Part shown: in pieces, positions 49,693 to 56,504 of the stretch
How positions within the stretch are numbered: the first letter of the stretch is position 1
Layout: every line of letters starts with the position of its first letter
The notes under the pieces: model-generated
The model's database searches: none
What the model saw: only the letters and a program-made list of their open reading frames with translations
Told to the model about the DNA's origin: nothing
Translations under genes and position numbers: made by a program
Assembly (NCBI GenBank): GCA_024711265.1
Contig: JANJTG010000303.1
Location: forward strand, 1 to 56,504
Source: Bdellovibrio sp.
Lineage (GTDB): Bacteria > Bdellovibrionota > Bdellovibrionia > Bdellovibrionales > Bdellovibrionaceae
Direction: 5' to 3'
Length of the DNA: 56,504 nucleotides

Positions 49693-50592
49693 ATGGAAGA
49701 TATACTTCTCGTTCACAGAAAATCCAATAGAAACTTCTCGGAGTCTCTTCAAGATGCAGCGATCTGGAAAACATGCCTGCGCAAAATCTTGTTTTGTACA
49801 GAAACAGAGTTGAATGACTACAGCGATCTGATCGAAACCGAGGATCAAGTTCTTCGCGGAGAAAAAGCGCTCAGCCTTCTTCTAGAAATTCTGTGTGGTT
49901 TGCACTCTCCCATTGTTGGCGAAACCGAAGTGTTTGGCCAATTTAGAAATTTCGTCGATTCACGAAAACAACTTCAAGATCCTCTCTTTGCAGATCATCA
50001 AAAATGGTTGAATTTTGTCATGGCCGAAGTCAAAAGGACTCGCGCCGAACACCTTGTCGGACTGGGTTCTCAAAGTTATGGAAGTCTTTTGCGTCGTTAT
50101 TCAAAAGACATCGAGAGTGTCACGATTTGCGGCTCAGGCCATCTGGCCCAAGAAATTCTTCCCTGGTTGGCTCACAAAAAATCCATGCAGGTTCTTTGTC
50201 GTGACATCACCAAGCTGCAAGATGTTGCGGCGAAGTACAACAATCTATCTTTGACAACATACAATGACTCTTACATTCATGGCGAAGCGATGGTGATCGC
50301 AGCGCCCCTGACCGACACACGGATTCTTGAGTTGATGAACAGACAAGAAACTCGCCCTCAGGCTGTTTTTGATCTGCGCGGAGAAGAAAACAATTTAGCC
50401 TCTTTGCTCGCAACTCAATTCCCTCATGTCTCGTTCATGGGTCTGCATCAATTCTTTGCGGAAATTGAAGAAACCAAAAAGGAAACCCAAACCAAAATTG
50501 AAGCTTTGAAGGCTCATCTTTTGGAAAAGGCTTTAACCTTTACGCAAAGAACAGAGCTTCGTCCTCTTGGTTGGGACGATATATGCGCTTAA
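49693..50592 (+). CDS. hemA: Glutamyl-tRNA reductase, short form
   Basis: TCLR (catalytic Cys), CGLHSPIVGETEVFGQ, GSGHLA; first gene of hem operon. Confidence 0.85.
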   Translation: MEDILLVHRKSNRNFSESLQDAAIWKTCLRKILFCTETELNDYSDLIETEDQVLRGEKALSLLLEILCGLHSPIVGETEVFGQFRNFVDSRKQLQDPLFADHQKWLNFVMAEVKRTRAEHLVGLGSQSYGSLLRRYSKDIESVTICGSGHLAQEILPWLAHKKSMQVLCRDITKLQDVAAKYNNLSLTTYNDSYIHGEAMVIAAPLTDTRILELMNRQETRPQAVFDLRGEENNLASLLATQFPHVSFMGLHQFFAEIEETKKETQTKIEALKAHLLEKALTFTQRTELRPLGWDDICA

Positions 50593-52091
50593 GAATTTCG
50601 GCACGAAAAAGTGATCTCGCTCGTCTTCAGGCTTATATGGTCGGAGACGCTCTGAAAGAAAAAAATCCGCACCTTGAAATTGAATACCGTTTCAAAGAAT
50701 CTTTAGGGGACAAAAACCTCACGGATCCTCTTTGGCAAATCCCAGAAAAAGGCGTCTTTACGGAGGACTTCTATGGCGAGCTGATCCGTGGGGAAACAGA
50801 CATGGTGGTACATTCGTGGAAAGACCTTCCCACCGAACATAAAAGCGACACCGTGATTGCCGCCACATTGCCACGAGCCGACCAACGAGACCTTCTTCTT
50901 TTAAAAAAAACTCATTTTGAAAAAATCCAGCAGACACACACTCTGAGAGTTTTCAGTTCTTCGCCTCGTCGTGAATACAACCTCACCGATTTTTTCAAAA
51001 ATCATCTGCCGTTTTCTTTGGAGTCCGTTCATTTTGAAAGTGTACGCGGCAACATTCCGACTCGACTTCGCAAGCTTCTTGAAAACCCCGACGTGGATGG
51101 TTTGATCGTCGCCAAGGCCGCCTTGGACCGATTGCTTGTGGCTCGCCAAGAGGAGTTTCAAGAGGTTCGCCAACAACTTCGCTCTTACTTAAGCCAGTTA
51201 AACTGGGCCGTTTTGCCTTTAAGCATCAATCCCAACGCTGCCGCTCAAGGAGCCTTGGCTGTTGAAATTATGAATGGACGCAAGGATCTTGAAACTTTGT
51301 TAAAAAACATTCATGACGAAAGCACATTCCAGTGCGCTCAAAAAGAGCGCGCCTGGCTGGCAAGTTTTGGAGGCGGTTGCCATCAAAAGATCGGCGTAGC
51401 CGTGCTTTCCCGTCCTTACGGGGAGATCACTTTCCTGAAAGGTTTGACAGATCAAGGACAGATCCTTGATACCCGAACTCTGACCCCCGCTCATTCGATT
51501 CCTCAATTCCCTGCCGAACAACTCTGGTCCTCAGAAGTGAGGGCTGAACGCATCCCCCTTCCTCTGAAACCCTTCGCCTCACACATCAATGCCCTCTATG
51601 TCGCTCGCGCTGAGGCCTGGGCCGAAGAACTCAAATCCCCTGGATTTGTTTGGACGGCGGGGCTAAAAACATGGAAAAACCTGGCTCAAAAAGGTATATG
51701 GGTGCATGGCTGTGCGGAAAGTTTGGGTGAACAAGAAGAGGCCCAACTGGAGGTCTTAGCGGGTGTTCCTTTGCACTGGACAAAACTTTCTCATGAAGAG
51801 GGCTTTGAAACCTCATCTGAAAAGCTTCCTCTGGTTGCCACCTACCGACTGCAGCCGCTCGGCGCCTTGGCCCCGATCGCAAACAAAGAGTGCTTCTTCT
51901 GGAACAGTGGAAGTCAGTTTTTGCACGCGGTCCAAGAGGCCCCCGAGATTTTAAAAAAACATCATGCCTGTGGCCCCGGAAACACTTATAAAGTTCTTCG
52001 TGCCTACATGGAAAAACACAACGCGTTTGATCCGGCTCGTTTAAATATATTTTTGGATCAAGAAGACTGGAGACAGCAATGCACAAAGTAA
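50583..52091 (+). CDS. hemC: Hydroxymethylbilane synthase with C-terminal extension (probable HemC-HemD fusion)
   Basis: [40 protein letters not shown]; about 200 extra C-terminal residues. Confidence 0.9.
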   Translation: MRLRISARKSDLARLQAYMVGDALKEKNPHLEIEYRFKESLGDKNLTDPLWQIPEKGVFTEDFYGELIRGETDMVVHSWKDLPTEHKSDTVIAATLPRADQRDLLLLKKTHFEKIQQTHTLRVFSSSPRREYNLTDFFKNHLPFSLESVHFESVRGNIPTRLRKLLENPDVDGLIVAKAALDRLLVARQEEFQEVRQQLRSYLSQLNWAVLPLSINPNAAAQGALAVEIMNGRKDLETLLKNIHDESTFQCAQKERAWLASFGGGCHQKIGVAVLSRPYGEITFLKGLTDQGQILDTRTLTPAHSIPQFPAEQLWSSEVRAERIPLPLKPFASHINALYVARAEAWAEELKSPGFVWTAGLKTWKNLAQKGIWVHGCAESLGEQEEAQLEVLAGVPLHWTKLSHEEGFETSSEKLPLVATYRLQPLGALAPIANKECFFWNSGSQFLHAVQEAPEILKKHHACGPGNTYKVLRAYMEKHNAFDPARLNIFLDQEDWRQQCTK

Positions 52092-53359
52092 CTTCGGAAG
52101 AACTTTTTCAACGCGCTCTGAAAGTGGCCCCAGGCGGAGTTCATTCGCCCGTTCGTTCTTTCAAAGGTCTGGATCGTGCTCCCGTCTTTTTTAAACAGGC
52201 CGAAGGTGCGTTCCTCACCTCTGTCGAAGATAAAAAGTATATCGACTTCTGCCAAAGTTTTGGACCTTTGATCTTAGGACACCTGGATCCCGAGGTGAAA
52301 GAAGAGGTTCATCGCATGGTGGACACCGCATGGACCTTTGGCGCGACAGAGACCTACTCGCTCGAATTGGCCGAGTGGATCACCTCAACCCTGCCTTTCA
52401 TGGAAAAATTGCGCTTTGTCTCTTCGGGAACAGAGGCTGTCATGAGTGCTTTACGGGTTGCTCGCGCCGCCACAGGACGCACTAAGATTTTGAAATTTGA
52501 AGGTTGTTATCACGGCCACGTCGACAATCTGTTGGTCAAAGCTGGCAGTGGTCTTGCCGGAGCGGCCGCATCCTCCAGCGCAGGAATTCCTACCGAAGTC
52601 GCTGCCCACACGGTGGTGACACCTCTGGATGATGAAGTTCAACTTGAAGCCGTCTTTCAAGCACACGGCAAAGACATCGCCGCCGTGATCATCGAACCCT
52701 TGCCAGCGAATTATGGCCTTTTGGTGCAACGACCCGAGTTTCTTAAGAAAGTGGCCGAACTTTGTGAAAAGAACGGCAGTCTTTTGATCTTTGACGAAGT
52801 GATCTCGGGCTTTCGCGTGGGCTTGGGCGGCATGGTTGAAAAAACCGGCATTCGCCCAGACCTTGTCACCTACGGGAAAATCATCGGCGGTGGTTTCCCC
52901 GTGGGATGTTACGGAGGCAAAGCCGAACTGATGAATCGAGTCGCCCCGAGTGGAGATGTTTATCAAGCTGGCACCTTGAGCGCCAATCCGATTGGTATGC
53001 GCGCAGGTCTCACCACACTCAAAAAAATGCAACGTCTTGACGGGTGGAACGTCCTTGAAAAGCGCACTCAAAAATTTGCTGAAACCTTGCGCCAGGGCTT
53101 TGCCAAAAAAGGTGTCTCTTTGGAGGTCAGTCAGGTGGCGTCTTTATTCTGGATTCATGGTCCCACAAAAAATCCGATTCGCGCGATCTCACAAATTCCA
53201 GGCGATCAAGGAGCGACTTTTAAAGGTCTTTTCTTAAAAGCTTTGGATCAGGGTGTGTATTTAGCTCCCAATGCGTATGAAGTCGGCTTTGTTTCGATGG
53301 CTCATTCTGACGAATTGTTAGAGCAAGCGGCTCAAACCATCATTTCTGCGGCGGAATAA
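52079..53359 (+). CDS. hemL: Glutamate-1-semialdehyde 2,1-aminomutase
   Basis: [51 protein letters not shown]. Confidence 0.96.
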   Translation: MHKVTSEELFQRALKVAPGGVHSPVRSFKGLDRAPVFFKQAEGAFLTSVEDKKYIDFCQSFGPLILGHLDPEVKEEVHRMVDTAWTFGATETYSLELAEWITSTLPFMEKLRFVSSGTEAVMSALRVARAATGRTKILKFEGCYHGHVDNLLVKAGSGLAGAAASSSAGIPTEVAAHTVVTPLDDEVQLEAVFQAHGKDIAAVIIEPLPANYGLLVQRPEFLKKVAELCEKNGSLLIFDEVISGFRVGLGGMVEKTGIRPDLVTYGKIIGGGFPVGCYGGKAELMNRVAPSGDVYQAGTLSANPIGMRAGLTTLKKMQRLDGWNVLEKRTQKFAETLRQGFAKKGVSLEVSQVASLFWIHGPTKNPIRAISQIPGDQGATFKGLFLKALDQGVYLAPNAYEVGFVSMAHSDELLEQAAQTIISAAE

Positions 53360-53360
53360 G

Positions 53361-54212
53361 ATGCTTAAGAAAATCCTCAAACCTCACGTGAAAACAGTTT
53401 TGGCGGTCGTTTGGTTCGCCTTCACGTTTTCGCTTGTGACCTGGTGGTGGGTTTTCCTTTTGATGCGTCTGAATCAAAGTGAATCCCACCGCATGTTCGC
53501 CTGGGAAGGTTCGATCCTGCTGGCGACAATCTTTCTGGGGGGCGTGGCGTTGGTGCTTTTCAGTTATCGCGATCAAAAACGACATCAAAGACTGCGCTTC
53601 TTCTTTTCCACTTTCAGCCATGACTTAAAAACCTCTATTGCCCGGCTGCGCCTGCAAGCCGAAGTTCTGGAAGAAGATCTGCATGGCAATACTCATCCGG
53701 TCATGAAACGACTGATTGATGACATTCAACGTTTGGATCTGCAACTTGAGAATTCGCTCTTACTGGCCAATCTTGAAAGTGGTCAACTTCTAAAAGAAGA
53801 TATTTCCTTAAGCGATCTTCTTTCCAGTCTTCGCAATGAGTTTTCAGAACTTTCATTGGAGCTCGAACGCGAGGCCATCCTGCGTGGCGACCGTCGGGCC
53901 TTCTTGAGTGTGTTTAAAAATCTTTTGCAAAACTCTGTTCTGCACGGCAAAGCCAGTTCCGTTCGCATGAAGGTGCGACGTCTTGACGAGACTCATATTG
54001 AAGTTCTTATTCAAGATGACGGTTTGGGCTTTAAAGGTGATATCAGCAAACTGGGCTCTGAGCTTTTAATGTCTCAAGATGCCCGCAGCAACGGGATCGG
54101 TCTTCTTATTACGCGCAGTCTTTTGGAAAAGATGAAGGGTGAAATTCAGTTTGAATCCAAAGAAAACGAAGGTTTCCAATCCCGATTGAAGCTGGAGGGA
54201 CGTTTAAAATGA
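53361..54212 (+). CDS. Small intramembrane-sensing histidine kinase (Leptospira HemK/Hklep-like)
   Basis: Two TMs with short loop (WWW...RMFAWEG), FSHDLKT, NLLQNS, DDGLG, GIGL; embedded in hem operon. Confidence 0.85.
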   Translation: MLKKILKPHVKTVLAVVWFAFTFSLVTWWWVFLLMRLNQSESHRMFAWEGSILLATIFLGGVALVLFSYRDQKRHQRLRFFFSTFSHDLKTSIARLRLQAEVLEEDLHGNTHPVMKRLIDDIQRLDLQLENSLLLANLESGQLLKEDISLSDLLSSLRNEFSELSLELEREAILRGDRRAFLSVFKNLLQNSVLHGKASSVRMKVRRLDETHIEVLIQDDGLGFKGDISKLGSELLMSQDARSNGIGLLITRSLLEKMKGEIQFESKENEGFQSRLKLEGRLK

Positions 54213-54883
54213 GAAAAGTCCTTCTGGTTGAAGATGATATCTCTTTAGGTGAAACCCTGACTGAAAGACTCAAAAAAGAGTACGATGTTGCCTGGGGAAA
54301 AAGTTTTAGCGAAGCTTGGACTCTTTTCTCTAAATCCAAGGACTTTGACATCATCATTTTGGATGTCGGACTTCCCGATGGAAACGGTTTTGAGTTGGCT
54401 GAAAAAATAAAACAGGTTTCTCCTGTTTTATTTCTATTTCTAACCGCCCAGGCCGACGCCGAATCGCGCTTGAGAGGATTTGAGTTGGGCGCTGAAGAAT
54501 ACATTCCGAAACCCTTTCATCTCAAAGAACTCTTACTTCGAGTGAAACACGTCCTGGAAGCCCATGCTCCGGCGCGGGAAATTGAACTTGAGTCCTGCAC
54601 AGTGAACTTCACCAACATGACCGTACAAAAAAAGTCAGGTCAGATCGAATATCCGCCCGTGACGGATATGAAGATCCTGCAACTTCTTATTGAAAAATCC
54701 CCCCGGGTTCTCAGTCGTGATGAGATCATGAACGAAATCTGGGGCGTTGATAAAAATCCAAGTCATCGAACAATTGATAATATCATTGTACGCCTACGAC
54801 AACTGCTAGGAAGTGATGGAGATAAACACATTCGCTCCGTTCGCGGTGTCGGCTACCAGTGGTCCGTGGAGGAGCCCTCATGA
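54209..54883 (+). CDS. OmpR-family response regulator (Leptospira HemR-like)
   Basis: VEDD, LDVGLPDG, KPF, RTIDNIIVRLR, SVRGVGY; between HK and hemE. Confidence 0.9.
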   Translation: MRKVLLVEDDISLGETLTERLKKEYDVAWGKSFSEAWTLFSKSKDFDIIILDVGLPDGNGFELAEKIKQVSPVLFLFLTAQADAESRLRGFELGAEEYIPKPFHLKELLLRVKHVLEAHAPAREIELESCTVNFTNMTVQKKSGQIEYPPVTDMKILQLLIEKSPRVLSRDEIMNEIWGVDKNPSHRTIDNIIVRLRQLLGSDGDKHIRSVRGVGYQWSVEEPS

Positions 54884-55899
54884 ATACACTTTTTACAAAT
54901 GCTTTACAAAGAACTCCTCAAGCCGTTCCGCCAATTTGGTTTATGCGCCAAGCCGGTCGTTATCATAAACACTATCAAGGTCTTCGCTCTCAACATTCTT
55001 TCATGGAGCTTTGTAAAAATCCGGAACTGGCGGCCCAAGTGGCCTTAGGACCCGTTGCAGAGTTTGATTTTGATGTCTCCATCCTTTTTAGCGACATTCT
55101 TTTTCCTCTTGAAGCTTTGGGAATGGGATTGGACTACACCGATCACGGACCTCAGTTGTCCTTTAAGCTGAATCCAGAGTCCATCAACAAACTAGGCCCC
55201 GTGGAAAAAGCCATTGAATTTATGAGTTTTCAAAAAGAAGCCATGAAAGCCACTCGAGCTGTTCTGCCTTCGAATAAAAGTTTGATTGGCTTTGTCGGCG
55301 GCCCTTGGACTTTATTTGTCTATGCGGTGGAAGGTTCTCATGCAGGCTCTTTGACTCAATCCAAGTCGTTGATCTCTCTTTTCCCGCAATTTTTAGAGAA
55401 GATGTATCCTCTGCTTAAAGAAAACATTCGGATGCAGTTTGAAGGGGGCGCGGAAGTGGTGATGGTGATGGATACGGCGTCGGGCGAAGTCAGTCCGGCC
55501 TTCTTCCAGCAATGGAGTCAACCTATTCTGACCCGCCTTGCTCAAGACTTCCCGGGCAAGATCGGCTTTTACTCTAAAGGCACACAACCTGCTTTCTTTA
55601 ACAAAGCCTTCACCGAACTTCCATGGGCCGGTCAGGGTTTCGATCATCGATGTTCTCTTCCAGAGTCCTTCAAAATTCAAAACAAAGGTTTTGTTCAGGG
55701 CAACTTCGATCAAGGCCTACTCTTTATGGATGAAATGGATTTCAAAGCGGCCTTAAAAACCTTCCTGAACCCGATGAAAGAGATGACTCTTCCAGAGCGC
55801 GCGGGCTGGGTTTGTGGTTTGGGTCACGGTGTTCTTCCTAAAACTCCAGAAAAGAATGTAAAACTGTTTGTGGAGATAGTCCGCAAGGAGCTTTTATGA
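54880..55899 (+). CDS. hemE: Uroporphyrinogen decarboxylase
   Basis: PIWFMRQAGRY, ILFSDIL, LIGFVGGPWTL, QGNFD, LGHGVLP. Confidence 0.95.
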   Translation: MNTLFTNALQRTPQAVPPIWFMRQAGRYHKHYQGLRSQHSFMELCKNPELAAQVALGPVAEFDFDVSILFSDILFPLEALGMGLDYTDHGPQLSFKLNPESINKLGPVEKAIEFMSFQKEAMKATRAVLPSNKSLIGFVGGPWTLFVYAVEGSHAGSLTQSKSLISLFPQFLEKMYPLLKENIRMQFEGGAEVVMVMDTASGEVSPAFFQQWSQPILTRLAQDFPGKIGFYSKGTQPAFFNKAFTELPWAGQGFDHRCSLPESFKIQNKGFVQGNFDQGLLFMDEMDFKAALKTFLNPMKEMTLPERAGWVCGLGHGVLPKTPEKNVKLFVEIVRKELL

Positions 55900-56504
55900 T
55901 GAAAGATCTTTTGGCCAAATATGACGTTCCGGCTCCTCGCTACACATCTTACCCGACAGTGCCTTATTGGGAAACCAATCCCACGGCCTCTCAATGGGTA
56001 GAGCATCTTCGCGCGACTTTACAGCAAAAGCCGGGAGGATGGTCTCTTTATTTGCACATTCCTTTCTGTGAAAGTCTTTGCACCTTCTGTGGATGCAACA
56101 ACATCATCACCAAAGATCATAAAAGAGAAACCCCCTATGTTGATCTGATCTTGAAAGAATGGCAGCTTTATACCGAGCAAGTGCCAGAGCTTTTACAAAA
56201 ACCTTTGAAGCACATCCATCTTGGCGGTGGCACACCCACTTTTCTTTCCGCCGAGTCGTTGGTGACTTTGTTAAAGCCGATTCTTTCTCGGGTAAAAATC
56301 GATCCTCAAGATTTTGAAGGCTCTATTGAAGTGGACCCGCGCCGAACGAATCCTGAACAGTTAAAAGCTTTGCGCGAACTGGGTTTCACTCGAGTCAGCA
56401 TGGGCGTTCAAGATTTTCATCCGGAAGTGCAAAGATTGGTCAACCGCATTCAGCCCTACGAAATCACCGCTGGCCTTACCAAAGCGGCTCGAGATATGGG
56501 GTAC
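55896..56504 (+). CDS. hemN: Oxygen-independent coproporphyrinogen III oxidase, 3'-truncated by window edge (absent from ORF track)
   Basis: Manual translation: MMKDLLAKYDVPAPRYTSYPT...LYLHIPFCESLCTFCGC...LGGGTPT...RVSMGVQDF. Confidence 0.93.
   Translation, partial: MMKDLLAKYDVPAPRYTSYPTVPYWETNPTASQWVEHLRATLQQKPGGWSLYLHIPFCESLCTFCGCNNIITKDHKRETPYVDLILKEWQLYTEQVPELLQKPLKHIHLGGGTPTFLSAESLVTLLKPILSRVKIDPQDFEGSIEVDPRRTNPEQLKALRELGFTRVSMGVQDFHPEVQRLVNRIQPYEITAGLTKAARDMGY

Noticed and set aside
1-56504. CRISPR arrays, IS/prophage genes, tRNA/rRNA, defence systems
   Set aside because: No repeat-spacer arrays, transposase/integrase motifs or RNA-gene signatures seen by eye; nearly all sequence is explained by housekeeping CDS

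Overview
Core chromosomal segment, most likely from a Bdellovibrio-like predatory bacterium (inferred from gene content and protein style; no rRNA marker present). In order: a partial unknown ORF, yacG, HU, pfkA, a livKHMGF ABC operon and an OmpR/CusRS-like two-component pair. Next is a 16-kb minus-strand flagellar operon (TPR protein, degenerate sigma-54 activator, flgBC, fliEFGHIJ, MotE-like, fliK, flgD, TIGR02530-type protein, flgE) with a sigma-54 promoter, and a divergent lipoprotein-mlaEFD (MCE) operon. These are followed by an S1 protease, dciA-like, trmFO, tdk, mltF, glmS/glmU, mpaA-like peptidase, HAD hydrolase, an atypical histidine kinase, a methyltransferase, a FleQ/NtrC-like activator, a BON protein, speB, a mutY operon and namZ. 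The window ends in a haem cluster (hemB divergent from hemA-hemC(D)-hemL-HK-RR-hemE-hemN) that resembles the Leptospira hem/HemKR locus. No rRNA, tRNA, CRISPR or mobile element was seen. Best leads: (1) TGACA-N6-TGACA (HemR-type) boxes upstream of hemA and again upstream of the MCE operon/flagellar promoter; (2) a structured RNA leader between the TIGR02530-type gene and flgE; (3) a catalytically degenerate FlbD/FleR-like activator and a PflA-like TPR protein heading the flagellar operon.
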